Made by a program: the position numbers and the translations under genes. A model generated the notes under the pieces. It was not told where the DNA came from. It did no database searches and saw only the letters and a program-made list of their open reading frames with translations. 64,000 nucleotides of DNA from Phoronis australis (Eukaryota; Animalia; Phoronida). Within the stretch, counting starts at the first letter, position 1. Each line of letters starts with the position of its first letter. Of this stretch, positions 38,401 through 53,319 are shown one piece after another. The DNA lies in contig NMRA01000194.1 in the NCBI GenBank assembly GCA_002633005.1, positions 561,074 to 625,073 on the forward strand. Direction: 5' to 3'.

Positions 38401-41187
38401 ATTCTCACCCGTGAGTAATGTGTATCTCTTTTAGCCTGTCTTTAACGCGGACGCCCGCTCAACTGTAAGTCAGTAGTAATGCTACATGTAGCCAACAAAA
38501 CTGATGAATTCACGAACGCGTCAAACCGAGTAGTTACAACATGACACCAAGGCCTTTCCATACCAAAATACCACGTTGCTTTCAACTGATGTTGAAATCG
38601 GCGAAATATATCTTTAAATCAAGAGTTTATGCTAGTTTTAGCATACTAGAAACGTCCAGTCTTTGTTGACAATAAAAAAACGTCCGTTATTACAAATATG
38701 TCATCTTTGTCTGCGGTCATAAAGATTCGTCCTTTAAAATCGATAATTCGTGAGCAAGTTCCCTAGCGTACAAGCGTAGCATTCTCAACAATAACACGTG
38801 ACTCTGCTTAAGACACGTGTTGACAAATGGCGCGGAACAGCCTGATAGAAACGGAACAACTGTACCGATTAGAAGACAAGTAATGACTTAAAGATATGCT
38901 ATTCCTGCTCTTCAAAGACTTGTCATATAACACACAACATATTTTGCTTCATACGAAGAGAGGTCTGAAACCGCCATATGAAATGCGTTGGCAGGCAAAC
39001 ACGCATAGGCCTACAAGTGCAACAGTCAGACCTACAAATCCAAATGAACACAACACAACCAGTCATCGCCAACATGGAATGTAAATCTAAAACTGCGTAG
39101 ATATGGAGAGTTTAACGTGGAACCGTAAGTAGTCTATTTACTTATGCATGTTTTACTACGTGGCTGTGTTCAAAGACACTGAAGTAAAAATTGAAATTTC
39201 GTTCCAAATAATAGGCCTAGGCTACCTATCAGGCTTTACGAAAACCTAGTTGAGTGCAGCGTGCTTGAATTCGAACGCAAGATGATCATAGTTTGAAAAC
39301 TGAGGACAAACGATATCAACATATGTGGGAAATGAATACTATTAAATGATGGTTATAATGATAAAATTTACCACAGTATCGACAAATTTTTGGCGTAAAT
39401 GCTCTTTGCAATGGTATGTCTTTTAACAAGTGAAGCAACTACGAGACAAACGTTAGGCTATCTATACACATGGTTTAATTTTTCACGTCGCTATTTACTT
39501 CACCCCCTTGTCTTTTGACCTATGCATTATTTATACAATATAATGTCGTTCCGAGAACAGGAAAGAACGCTTATTATACATTTTTTGAAATTACCTTTTC
39601 GTTTCAGGACTATAAAGGGTACTATGCACGTGCTCGTTGAGAATAGGAAATGACGTTAATTACCCATGATATCTGCTGCTCAATTTTCTAAATTAATATT
39701 TTTGCAGGCCTAATGTAATTCCGTAACCTGAATGGATGACACACCATGTTTAAAATGACACTTAACTCGTTTTTGGACTCAAAAAGGTATAAACAAGGAC
39801 CTTTCCATGTAGCTGGTTAAAATAAAACAATGTTTTGTAACTCTCGAAGGCTCTAAAATTTTGGAGCAAGTTAAAAAACTCCTCCCAAAATATGCAAAAC
39901 CTCCTAGCGCAACTAATATTTAAGCAACTGACACAACTCTGGGGAAAGACCACACACCAAGAACGACAGGATTCATTAAGATTTTTTGTTGAATCCTGGC
40001 GTGCATTCCACAGAAAGCGAAAACTAAAAACTCAAGATCACGCAAAACTTCGCGAGATATCGTCCCAATTAAGCGTAGCACATTTGCGAGATTCTTGCGT
40101 CTCTTTTTATCTCTCAAATAAGACACCAATTGAACTTCAGCCGTAGACAGAACGATGACTGGAAGGAATCACTATAACAGGGTTTAATATCTTTCCAAAG
40201 AGGGCCACGTAATTTCGTAATTGCTTGTTTGTGTAATGTCATTTTGCAAAGAAATTTTGTGCATTCATTACGTGAAGGATACTGTTGAGTGACCAGACTT
40301 TTTGTATATGAGTGACCAGACTTTTTGTACATGTGTCAATTAGCCGTGGCGCTTCGTGTAGAAGATCTTTTTGTAAATGTAACATCAAATGTCACATATC
40401 ATGCTGCAGGTTTTACCTAGAGAACTTCACCCCGTTGTGGGACTAATGGTCTTGAATGTGTCTTTTGCTAGAATAGGCCTTTTCCCTGAAAAAGAGGCCG
40501 AACTTCCTTGCACGTTTCTGTTTTTCCTGCTAAGTACAATCGAGTACCCCTGAGACTTTATTACACTTGAAGTCAGTTCTGGGGACACAAGAATCTCGAG
40601 AGAAAACTACCGTGGCCACGTGCTTTGCTTGCAATGCCTGACGACATCTCACCTAATTGCGAGTGCATTGCGTTTACGGAAAGGGCACCAGTTGTGGTGT
40701 GGGTTCTTACTCCAGGGTCGTCATTCGTTTCTGCTCGGTAAAAGCGATGCGAGAATCGATCATGTGAAGTACTGGATTGTTTGAAACCGTTACTCTCAAC
40801 ATTAGACTTCTGTTTTGTGGAAAATTTGATTGACTAGGTCAATGTGTTTTCGGCGTTACATTCGCTAGCAGTGCAAACCACAGGTTAACTTAGGCAAATC
40901 TTAAACTTTTAACAACTGTTGCCATGGCCCTTAGTAACTGTGCACGCAACATCAGTGGAGTTACGAAGCTAGTGTAAACCCCAGCTGCTTCAAACAATGT
41001 GACTGTCCCAGGTTTGAGCGCTGTCAAAGTTCAGTCGCGAGTCGGCCAGTGTGCTTGCTCGGTGAAATGGAAAGTAAGGATATCACATAGTAACTACGTT
41101 ATTTTACCTATGTGCACTCAGTTGGCCAGACCCAAGGAACTGTCGTTAATATGCTCAAGATCACCGATGATGTTTTTATTATTGAGA

Positions 41188-41222
41188 AATAATAATAATA
41201 ATAATAATAGTAATAACAATAA
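41188..41222. repeat. (AAT)n microsatellite
   Basis: Seen directly. Confidence 0.9.
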
Positions 41223-44049
41223 GGATGCATGTGATAATAAATTGAGTATTACAAAAATGTTTAAGTATATTTTCAAGGAGTGATAACCCATTATGAGGAT
41301 ATAGTCATAATTAGGATGCATGTGCTAAATCGTCTACTACAAAAATGTTTGTGTATAGTTTTAATTCATGATATGAAAGTAAAATACAGTAAATTTCATG
41401 TTGAGGTGCATGGAACTGCTTTACTTACAAATATCTCCTTAAAAAGGCAGTTATCACTCAAATTTAACAGCAAAACGAAACCTTCCGATTACCCTTCTCA
41501 CTTCGAACCAGAAGTAATTGGGTAATTTGCATACTAGGCAATCATCAAGGGTCTAACTACCAATAATAGTTAACTGGGCCTATTATAGTGTTGTTACTGG
41601 CCTATCAACCATAATTTCATGGCGTTCATGCGGGGCAATACTAATTACGACCGATTATATAACTATTAACTGGCTACATCAGGTAGAAGAAAATAGTGAG
41701 ACGTAGTCAAATGGAGATGCGACACTTAATGAGCAGGTTAAGACAAATCGAAACAAAAACAAATACGTACAAAATTGCATGTAATTTGCAAAACTGTTTC
41801 TCTTTCTATTTCTATTGATGGAACTTATCAGTTGGAAAATGTGGTGACAACAATCTCAGAATGACACGTCACTCTTAGAGCGTCTACACAATAGCTTATA
41901 TGTATACTCTCACTGTATCAACGCGCTGATTATATTCCCACCCATTTGTATCTCATTCTAACAACTTTCGTTATTAAAAGAGTCATATTCCAACAGTTTC
42001 TCAGAAATGTGGCAGAATTATGGTGGTATATTACTGTCACCTTAAGACGTGCCGTTGATAACGTACAATCATTTTATTTGTTTGGCACATGTCTCGTTAA
42101 ATTACGAGTGCGCCTCAAGCTTTGCTTCCAGAGGGGAAAACCAGACAGGGTGTCAAAAATATGCCAGTTATGACGACCGGGAAAAAATCTCACAATATAA
42201 TATGCTTAAGTTGACGTGATCTGCTGAAAGATGGACGCCATGAAAAATAAGCGGAGAAAAGAGCAGACACCGCATGTTTTGAGAACGGAATACGCACCGA
42301 TGTGTACCTGAGGCGAACATTAACCCCTGGATCTTAGATTACGTCAGCTCATTCCTGCTACAGACTTCCAGTTTCCATGTTTCTATTACCCACATTCTCG
42401 CTACTTCCCGATTTTAAATATTTGTTACTGCTAAGCTTCCATCAAAACGCATTAGGTTTGAGAAGCTTTCTTGCAGTGTGCAGGTCGCGCCTGGGTTTTA
42501 AGTTTCAAATTCATTGTAGTTATTGGTAATTACGGAGCAGTGTTAATGGATGGCAATAATGGAGATATGCTGGGTTAATGAAGTAGAGTTCCATATAAGA
42601 GGAACGCTAAAAATTGAAATCGTATTGTGAACAAACAGATTTTAGTGATTCGAATTTGTTACTTCCCCCAATACCATCACAACTTTATGTACCATTAGCT
42701 CTAACGCCATAACAAACATCCTTCTGCACTAGTTTCACGGCCATTGAAATAGGAAAAGGCAATGTGAAAGAGACATTCGTGTACGCAAATAGTCAACACA
42801 AATTTTTGGATATTTCGCGATTTCTGACCGCTGCCTAATCAAATATATGTCATAGCAGAAATATTCTGTCACGATGCAGAGTTCCTGCTATAGCTGACCT
42901 TCCGTCCAAAAAGCTCACATTAAATTAAAGCCACCCACAGCTAACTTGACTCAACTTCTTCTTAACTCAGATTAGAGGCGATATCTAGGCTTGGACTTGA
43001 GCATCGGGTTTTGCGCCCATTGCCTAATCCTCTCTTGCCATTCCAGTTGCGGTAATGTCACTGTACAGTAATGGCTTTTGGACTTTTATTCCGGGCGGCA
43101 TGAATGAAAAGTGATAATGCACTGCTAACCTCATAATACGGAAGTAATCGTTCTGTGTTTTCGCCAACCAGACGACTGAGGTATCAGTGGTAGTGATATC
43201 ATAAAACGTTTGAACCACCCTGTAATACAGACAAGTCGTTCTCCAGTGGTTGATCCTGCCATCATATACCGACTGCAGCTGTGATGATTAATCTATTACT
43301 AAGCACAACAAACCTGCAGCTTCTAGAATCTATTTCCAGTTGCTATGGCTACAAAATAGTTGTAGGATTCTCAGACTATTTGCAGTTTTCATTTAAGATT
43401 GAGAAATCATATTAGCATTCAAATACACATTCATTGCATTTGACCATAGGTGGCGCATTTGGACAGTAAGGGGAGGGTATGAGCGATAACGGAATTGTCC
43501 AAAATTCAGAATACGCCAACATTAAATGAACTGAAGCATCAATTTCTTTAAAACTGTGTCTTATGAGCAAAAAAGTTGATATTTACTTGTGGTTAAATTT
43601 TGAAATTTCTAACAAGTATACAAGTATAAGACCAGGAAATCAATGAGAACGCATAAAGAAATAAAGTTGAAAGATGCTATTCACTATTAAACGATTTTTA
43701 ATTAAAGACCACTGTAAGGAGCATTTTGCCCCGTTAAGCGGTCGATGTCGAATTCTTAATGGTGTTTAAAAGCGTTGTCTCCTTACCGGACCCTGATCTG
43801 CAACCGAATGAGCCGGCAACTCGCATCACAGTGGATGCGTACACTTTTGAATGCTCAATTTTAGCCTTCTCTTGAGGTGCTGATAGTTTTGCTGTTTTGT
43901 TGGTGACGAAGATTTGATGAGCCTTGGTGGTTTCGAAATTCATTTTTTAACGCCATAAACTGGTCTTTTTGTTACAGTTTAAATGTGAGTTCTGGGAAGA
44001 ACGCGCAAAATCGCGACATCAAATAACCCGCCATGCCGCTGCAATTTAT

Positions 44050-44968
44050 TGAACGTGGTCTCGTGCATTGATGAGTTGTCCGTTCATCCCAAACCAATAA
44101 TCACTTCCGTACTGTAATGGATTGCAAGGGTAATAAAACTAAATGAAACCCATTTGTATACGATTCCTGTACAAAAATAGAAAGGCTTCGTAAGCATAAT
44201 GCAGTGGCTGTTCACTTCTTTCTTTTCTTTTGGTAGTCACGTGACTATGAATCGTTCGAGTTTGTCCACCATACTGAATCACCCTTGAGATTTGAATTTG
44301 AGTCTGGTACCTGGCCAGGCCTGCGTTCCGTAGACTCGAGAACCTTATGAAAACGCAAGATCACGGGAGACTTCGCGAGATAATTCCGGCGTTCAGATGA
44401 ATGTCTTTCGACTCGTCCGCCACGCACTTGTATAGTGTGACGTCATTTTGCTGTTTTTGACCGCATCGAGTAAAAAATTGAGATGCCAAAATTAGAAATA
44501 ATCCTAGTAATCAGTCCACATTTTNTGAACGTGGTCTCGTCCGTTCATCCCAAACCAATAATCACTTCCGTACTGTAATGGATTGCAAGGGTAATAAAAC
44601 TAAATGAAACCCATTTGTATACGATTCCTGTACAAAAATAGAAAGGCTTCGTAACCATAATGCAGTGGCTGTTCACTTCTTTCTTTTCTTTTGGTAGTCA
44701 CGTGACTATGAATCGTTCGAGTTTGTCCACCATACTGAATCACCCTTGAGATTTGAATTTGAGTCTGGTACCTGGCCAGGCCTGCGTTCCGTAGACTCGA
44801 GAACCTTATGAAAACGCAAGATCCCGGGAGACTTCGCGAGATGAATGTCTTTCGACTCGTCCGCCACGCACTTGTATAGTGTGACGTCATTTTGCTGTTT
44901 TTGACCGCATCGAGTAAAAAATTGAGATGCCAAAATTAGAAATAAGCCTAGTAATCAGTCCACATTTT
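44050..44968 (+). repeat. Near-identical tandem duplication split by the N at 44525 (44050-44524 and 44526-44968)
   Basis: The copies differ by two short indels and a few substitutions, and the junction is exactly the N. Confidence 0.92.
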
Positions 44969-46395
44969 ATATAGCCCTTCAAATTACAAAACTTTTATAC
45001 AATATCAATGGTGCATGGACCAGGTCAATCTTAACCCTTTCCAACTCCCCAGCAGTTGTCGACGCACACCAATCAAGTCAAAGACATAATTTTGCAAAAG
45101 TTTCAAGTGCTAAAATGCTCCCGTGGTTACCTGAATGAGAAAAATACCCAAGACCTGAAAACTTTTTGAAATGTGATGTGACTGACTATTTACGGTCTCA
45201 ACTGACATCATAATAGTGCAAGAAACGTCATCACTAAACATCCGTGTCGAAGAACGTAGTGTTACCGTCAGCAGCTACCAGCTGAAAACTTATTGGCTTT
45301 TTGTGACGTACTAGGACGTCACAAGAGACCATAGCTGTCTTTCTTTCCATCACTCACGTACCAGTTCGCGGATGTTCATCAATTTGGCAACCAGCCACAC
45401 AGGACAACAAACGATTGACAAGGAGATGCCACTGCACACGCATCTTTACTCTAAGCGGTGGCCTAACTTTCACTACAAAAAGCATAAAAATGCTCATTGC
45501 CATTCATGGCCTTACGCGTATTATTAAAAAATTTATAATTTCGGTTCTAACCTCACTAATATGATGACAAAGGGGAATTGATTTTCCAATTACGACTATT
45601 AATCCAGCTAGTTATTAACGGTAAACTTGTTCCTGTAATGAAAGAGCCTACGAACATCATTCAACAGTGATCTTGTGTCAATTTGAACAGATAATTAGTT
45701 CATCTGTTTTGTTTAGTAGGTACAAAACTGGAGTTGTCAAAGAAAAGATAGCCATTTATTCCGACGGTAGTTTTATCAAGACAGGTCTTTGATAGAAGGG
45801 ATTAAATCGACGTCCAACTTCGCCGTGTGAGATTTTACACCAGCTACAGTTCTTACTTGAGATAATAGCTATAAAAGTTACATTTTTTTTAGGACCGTTC
45901 ATCGAAAATTTAGTAAGAGCAATCGATCGACTATCCCAGAACTCTCTGGTTCTTGCCCGTAGCTACATGTACGTCGAATTATACAAATTTCTTTGGGAGT
46001 GACTGCGTACAATCGGTTATGGAAACCACTCCATTACAATTTGAAAAACACATTAGTTTGGGTTGAAAATGCATCGACCAAAACTGCCCAGATTATGTTT
46101 TTGACGTTTAATACAGGTTTTGCATGTTGTCCCAACTCACTTACCAATAGCGTGACCTTTACAGCAATTCACGAAACGCGCGTTTCGTTCATTAAAGCAA
46201 TTTCAGGAAACACCAGAAAGGTTAATAGAATTGTCAACAAAGGTAACCACGAGGTCACAGAGAACATGGCTCGACATGTGTCGCTGCAGACGAAGTGTGA
46301 ACACACTCACACATGTACAGTCATTTTTCGTGTTTGAATTACAGAAACACGTCAAGCTCAACGCCTTTAGATATTTTTGCTGTTGAATTAGCTGG

Positions 46396-46507
46396 GCCCG
46401 TGCCACAAAACTTTTAAGTCAAGACTCGACTCTGAAATTACTCGAAGCGGAGCACGCTATTGGTCCAGTTTCGAATGTAGTCTCGAGTAAAGTTTCGTTA
46501 CAAGCCC
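46396..46507. mobile_element. Small MITE with GGGC termini
   Basis: GGGCCCGTGCCACAAAACTT ... AAGTTTCGTTACAAGCCC. Confidence 0.5.
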
Positions 46508-47388
46508 TGGTGGACGTTTGTCTGAAATAACTTAAAACAAGCGTACCCAACAATGATGACGTCCGTATCAACTTTGACCTTTATATGATTAGAGAGACTG
46601 AAGAATTTTCTGATTGCTAGAAGCATTTGTTGACTACTATGAATTTAGACCTCTCAAGTGTATAAAAAATATATTATCGGGTTTAAGACCGAAAATTGCA
46701 TTTTGAGATTACTGTTGAAAGGGGTAGTTTTCTTGAAGTTATCAGTTTTGATCAGAAATATGAAACACAAAAAATCCGGTGTGTTTTGTGAGTAACTAAC
46801 AAATCACCAAAGCTCGCCGTTGTCTGCCATGCATTCGCTCAAAGCAAGGACGTTAAATAAGCTTAAGATATTCTATCATTTACTCCAGTGGGATCTAGCT
46901 CCGCTATTACGATATTTTATGTGCGTCTGCAAGATTCCTAGTTTTGATTTCACGCTGAAACTGGTCTCAAAAAGTTGTTTCTCTCACTAATAATTCACAT
47001 ATACCCCTATTCGAATGATATCTTTTTTAAAAAATACTTTTACTCAAGCACTTCTCTTACCGGCGCATGTGCCTACGCATGTGTCGTTAGTCCGCGTTCA
47101 TTTTCTATGCTTCATGTGTTCGAGTTTTTAATCATTCTTTACATTTTTCAATTAATTACATAACTCTAATTTGAAAGGGCTTTAATGTCTACTGTAGGCC
47201 TAATGTATAATCCAACGGTCAGTCACGTGGTAACAACATTACTCTTTAGTTTCACTCCGTAAGGGTTCAAGTTAATTTCCAAGCAGTACATTTCGCGGCA
47301 AGAAGTGTACCCTGGAAGGACGTGACACTGGTGGAGATGTGAGCTGTCAATCAACGTTGTTGACTAGGTAATGGAACAAGCCGACTAA

Positions 47389-47460
47389 GGCTGCGTTCCG
47401 TAGACGCAAGAAACGCGCAAAACGAAAGATCACGCAAATTCTCCCGTAATGTCTTCATAC
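47389..47460 (+). mobile_element. Representative end of an abundant MITE family (GGCTGCGTTCCGTAGACGCAAG terminus)
   Basis: Related termini at ~18975(-), ~21930(-), ~32710(-), ~39998, ~44320, ~44780, ~48610(-) and ~49083, often with an internal AGATCACG...TTCGCGAGATA. Confidence 0.7.
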
Positions 47461-48269
47461 GATGCGAGTGGTCACACTAAATGTTCTAGCGACTGTTTTA
47501 GGTCTATAGTACTGACGCAGATCTGGGTAGAGTTGAGTAGCTGTCACGCGGATATAAACATGTAGCCAAAATCACATGTTCGTATTTAAAATCCACGGCG
47601 ATGTCTCACATAATCTTGCGAAGTCATAGCGTAGGTCCTAGCGTAGGTCCTAGCGTTAGTGGTGGACGGTTGGCAGCGAATAACAACAGGAGATGTCATC
47701 AGCTATGAGTGGAATACACTCGCAATTCTTTCAAAGCATTATGGTTTCTCTGACCCGGCGACAAGAAAAATAGTCGGCACCGAACTAGAAAAGGTTGATT
47801 AGTGTTATCTAGTTCGTCAACGTGGTAATAAAGCCACGTATCACCAACCCCTTGAAGTTGCATTTAACCACTGTTTAGTTGTCAACTATGAATTCTTAAC
47901 CGAAGCGCATTTGTGTTTAAAAAAATTATCACGCTGACCAGATCATAATTTATTGCCAAATGAGCCAGCACCTTAAGTTACAGGCAATTCGTAAGTGCCC
48001 ATTTTCGACTCCGCAGTTTTAGGATTGGCTAATCACAGTAAAGTCTGAAGCGTTTTCTTGAGTTGCTGATGATTTCAATATTCTTGTTCGCAACGTTAAT
48101 CAAATCTTAATTGAGAGTAAAAGTTTTCATTTTTTAAGCCAGCTAAACAGGGTAAAAGAAGCTGTAGTGTTTATGGTCTTGTCTTTTGTGACATTACAGT
48201 CCATCATGTCTAGAATTGCCCCCGGAAAATTTTGTATGTTATGGTCTGGTTTGGAAGTATGCTGGTTTT

Positions 48270-48433
48270 GACGTGGCTGTCGCCTTGCGAAATGTCGACT
48301 AAAACAGTAAGTTTTACACAGCAATGTGTTGTTTGTCTGGTAAAATGGCGACTTGGAAACGAAGGTGTGACAAGAATGCTGCGTTCTGATTGGTCAGTTA
48401 AGCAGTCACTAAAAATCCTGGTGGTAGGTCAAT
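48270..48433 (-). mobile_element. Diverged copy of the 35094-35273 MITE
   Basis: AAAATGGCGACTTGGAAACGAAGGTGTG...TGGTCAGTTAAG...TAGGTCAAT matches the reverse complement of 35097-35200. Confidence 0.75.
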
Positions 48434-51185
48434 GATCGCTCTATGTACCTGTAAAGAACAAAGTAGTCCACTACACGGCGCTGCTCACGTTTCGGAGGAT
48501 CTGAATCTGTCCTGATGATGCGATTTACTGTACAAGTACCTCACTTAATTGCAATATACAGCTATACCCCTCAATGGCTTGAGTGACTTCGCTTTTCGCG
48601 CAAGAAACTTGCTCTACGGAAGGCAGCCCGCCGGGTTTGTTAATACCACCATGGTACAAACGAAATATACATGAACTTCAAATTGACCATTTAATGAAAT
48701 GTAATGACGGTACAACAAATGTATACATAGTTTTTGAAATTCTCACGACGCTGCGTCTGATGGCAAGGTCAAAACAAAACTTCTTTTCTGCTTTTCTCAC
48801 GAATATTAACAGCCATGCAGTTTTAGTAAATTACTAGCAGCATGGTTTACTAAATTCTTGCTCAACTAATTATTGCCCCACTCTGGCTTTTTCTAGAAGA
48901 AGTACAGCTTGTCCATATCAGGGAATTAAAGGAATATACACAACTGCCAATCATTCGATGACACACAATTTCAAACTGCACATACAGGTTTTTCATAAAC
49001 TGTGAAGAACACGAAATAATTTTCTGTTATGCAATACTAAATGATGGCACAGTATGTGAGCACTTTAGACATCGGTGCACCAAGGCAGCGCTTCGTAGAG
49101 CTAAATTCTTGTGAGAAAAACAACGTCACTCAAGTCCGCGAGATATCGCCATGCATTACAAGCACAACACGTGATATCAGTAGCTCTACTCGTTTGTTAA
49201 TGCAGCTACAGAAGTAGCCCCACTCGTAAGTCTCGTACTTTCTCCAGAGAATTCAAGATGAGCAAAGGTGTTAACAGTTTTGCTTTGCCTCAGTGATAAA
49301 GTAACAGAGCGCTTTGGGTTAAGAATTACTACATAATCATCATTAATCATCATTGTTGTTGTCATTTTTATGATATTATTACTGATATTAAATCGCTTTC
49401 TGAACATTATTTTGCACAACTGGCGACATAACACCGGCTAATAACACATACGTTGTGCTGAGCTCATGAGTAATTGTATTAAAATGAATAAACGATAAAA
49501 ACAAAATCGTTCATTGACGTTTTGATTTTTTTCACTCTCGGGAAAACGAGGGTAATGGAATGATAAAGGTGATATCGATTTATCTACCTACACTAGTCTC
49601 TTCTGCCAGTGGTATTGACGCTATCCCACATTCTATAATTGTTTCCTATGCAATTTCTCTGCGTACACACGATGACATGAACGGTGTGGGCACCTCGTGG
49701 AACATTGATACACGAAGCTATATGAAGGCGGTATATAAAGAGAGGCATGGAGGGGGATACTCATTTGAATGACGGACGCTGGGGGTCACGTCATGCAGGA
49801 ATAGATAGGACAACCCTTAACTGTTTGAATTTTATTACCGTCCACGGTAATTTTGGGTTACTGAACAGGTACGTACGTGCACATTTTTAACGCCTTTTAA
49901 ACGCTCTGCCAATATCTATGTACAGTGTACATTCATTAAAATCCAACTATTAAATCAGGTCACTTAACCACACAACGTGCGTCACAAACCACTCCGTGCC
50001 ACGTTACAAAAATTACTTCTCTCCTGAAACACTGAGAAGGAAGGGTAAAAAAACCACCAGCTTTGACAGAGATAGCGAACATTTCCGAAATTGAAAATTT
50101 TCATGTCAATCCCCGATGATGATTCAATTCCTTTTACTCCTAAAATCAATTGCTACAACGACAGTGAAATTTTTAAACTATCTTGTTTCATGACTTATAT
50201 GTTTAGGTGGTAAATACAATGCTCTTTTAATACGTTTGGTTAGCAGGTTTTGTTGAAAACGAGACTACCAAATTGCGAACTGTTACTTAAGATTATTATT
50301 CTCCAGTTCGCCAAAAAAATCTTGAGACCTGGATGACTCAATTTGTCATACTTAAAAAAATCACTAATCGCTGCAGGCAGCCTGTTGGCACGGTGTATCG
50401 ATGTTGGCAACGTTTGTTTGGCAACTAATTTGTTTGTGATCACGTGAACTTCGTGATCCATCAGATAAGACCACTTGGCAGAGATATATACAGCATACAG
50501 TATGCAGAAAGACGGCAAAGATGGATTCAGGTGAGATCGAGCAAAATCCTGCCTACCTTGCTGAAATTCACTTTTGGAGACTTTTATGCTCGCTTACTGA
50601 CGATAATTAGATCTTCTGTGGTCTTATTTTCAAATGTGCTGAGAATTTTGCAACTACCACCGTTTTGACATATGCCATGCGCCAGATTAATTGTGGTACA
50701 GAGATTCTTGTTATAAGTTAGCTAAAGTGGTACAACTGGTGCAGTTGGTGCTGATTATGTTCTGCCCTTGCAATGACCAACTACAAGAAAGGCACAGGGT
50801 CATGGAAAAGTAAGCTAGGGTGGTAGGACTCTCGTGTGAAATTTCGATATTTTATATATGTGGCTTATCAATGGTTTCCAAAAATGCACTGCACAGCAAG
50901 GAAATTGGTATGGGATTTGCGCGTCTATCCGAACTTTATTTAAAACCCATCTCGCTTGCCTCACAGGAGTATATAAGAAAGTGAAAACGAGGTTACCTTC
51001 ATTTACGACGGCAATAAGCTCGCGTGCCTTTCAAAAAGATAACTTTGAATCAGAGCACCAGCTGCTCTAGAATTGGTCAAGTGAGAACTGATTTCTGTGT
51101 TTGCAAAGAGCTGCCCGACATTTTACAGTTTGTCATTCCTCGAGATCATACTCGGCGAATAATATGACACGTCGTGTCTATTTTA

Positions 51186-51400
51186 AGGAAACTGTGTGGC
51201 TCGGTGGTTTAAGCCCCGGACTCTTCCTCGTGAGACCCGGGTTCGAATTCTGGCCTTACTGACACACAATCGAGCATTGCACAAAGGTGTCTTCTACTCC
51301 TCTGAGCTCGGTCTTGTAGTAGAGAATGTATGCATGGGAATGAATGAGAATCTGGATACAATGCGAAAAAGATTTCCGGGTTTGTGCTCATGTTTTTAAA
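51186..51400 (+). mobile_element. tRNA-derived SINE
   Basis: Pol III A box TGGCTCGGTGG (~51197) and B box GGTTCGAATTC (~51240) at tRNA-like spacing, without a complete cloverleaf, followed by an unrelated body. Confidence 0.7.
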
Positions 51401-53319
51401 AAAATTCTAACCAACTTGTAGAGTCTGGTTCCAGGCAATATCAATCACCTCAAATTCGACTATGAACCAGTTTGATACCAATTTCATAACTGTAAGTGGC
51501 CTAAGCCAAACGATGGTTTTGCGATCCGGGTTTGTTGCCGCTTTTACTTAGTATTTTCAACAGGTGGAGACTGTAAGCCAATAACGCATATGCTGACTCC
51601 TTGCGTATCTTTCACGTAAACTAATCTCGCCTTATTATTTATTCATTAACTCAATAGGTTCCATGTACTTTTATTCATGGCCCAAGCTCCTATGTTATGC
51701 GTTAACAATGCAATGCGATAGTTTTTACTTTTTAAAGCCAATAAACCTTCTCGTCCTCTTTAAAATCGTTTGACACGGTTTCTGGTCGGGTACTCTCACG
51801 AGAAGTTCGAGTGAAGCTGTGAAATATCTCTATACTGTGGGTCGTATTTTGAAGAAATCGCCGTTTGCCCTAATCTGTTGGAAATATTTAACACAGGCAA
51901 AAGAATTTCTAGCGAATCAACCGTGACGTAGTGCTGTGTAGAGCTCATAAAAGGAGATTGCGAAAGGCACGTCTAGGAGTGTATTCTGTATACGCGAGAA
52001 TATCGCCAAAAGCAAGATCACACTAGCGACACCACTAAAAATCATGCGAGGGAAAGGTGAGTGTTTCGCGAGTATACTCGATAACATACTGACATAGCTA
52101 AGCAAAGTAGAGGCCGCTGAAGTGACTTTGGTCGGTGAGGGTTAGGTTGGGGAGTTGTGGGATAGCATTATCGTTTTTGTTCCATAAACTAAGATTTTTC
52201 ACCGCAAGTACTGTGCAAGTGTCTAAGGACTACGAAACACCCTTCAGGCATTTCCATGTGTCGAGAGATACCCTGGACTGGATTTCCACAAGCATGTGCA
52301 GGTAATAAGGCATAGAACGATTCTTCCTAAATTACCCATCATCGTTGCTCTATCTGCTGGTTTGTGCTGATATATCGCCAGTGGAAAACTATGCTGTAAT
52401 TTTAAATTAACTTCCAAGAATCGCCAAGGGATTCCTAAAATGTCAAAGCGGCTAGAAAGCGTCCTTCCGTCTCAAAAATCAACGTTTGAGTTAGGCCACT
52501 TATGAAATTGGTCTTATACTGTTTGTTAGTCGAAACAGGTGTCATTTCGAGGCTTGGAAAAATGTTAGTTCGTTATTGCTTGAAACCAGGCTCTTCAAGT
52601 TGACTTGTTGACTTGGGATTTTATTGGCCGAGCGTGGTTTTTAACATTTACAATTTGTCAGCTCTTTGCAAGACCAGCATCTCCAAATTTTACAGCTTAT
52701 CTCTCAGGTGACGCCGTTTATGTGTTCACGTGATTAGACTGAGCAAAATATTGTACACAGGGTTGTCAGCCTTCCTCACTCACGAACGTAACGGATTCGA
52801 TGCCGCCTTTGCCATCTCATTACAACCACGATTATTCATTTACCCTCTGACATAAGCTCGAACTTCATATTGTGTCGAAACCATCTTTTTCTACAGTCTG
52901 GGAACCGCCGGGGATCACAAGAAAAATGCTAACAAACAATTGCGGTGCGTAAAAAGGATATCTCCCACCTGAGAAAAACCTGTATTAACGAGAAAAGTAC
53001 GATCATGCGGTTACGTGGGAAGAGTGCAAAGTAACTCTTATTCACCTGTTCACTATGTTACAGTTTTATTATCTGGACGGTTTTAAAATGTCTCTGACTG
53101 TACATTCAGTTTCAAATTCATAAAATGTTATCTAGTACACTGTATTCACGAATTAAATATAAAAAACAACATAGAGGATAAACTGGACTTCGAACAGGAC
53201 TGTCGCGTTCAATATAGCATCGGATTATATTCCTTTATGTCGTATTTAGTATTAATTCTTAAGCTCCATGCAGCTGTAATTAGGTTAAGTCAAATTATGA
53301 GCTACACTGAACACTGCCT

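Noticed and set aside
45031-45050. TTAACCCTTT piggyBac-like end
   Set aside because: No matching opposite TIR was found; AGGGTTAA at ~57525 does not match internally.
50465-50530. Possible small exon bounded by cag and gtgaga
   Set aside because: No recognisable protein similarity and no link to the LamG frame.
51190-51260. tRNA gene
   Set aside because: A and B boxes are present but the acceptor stem is not convincing and there is no adjacent terminator, so it is treated as a SINE head.
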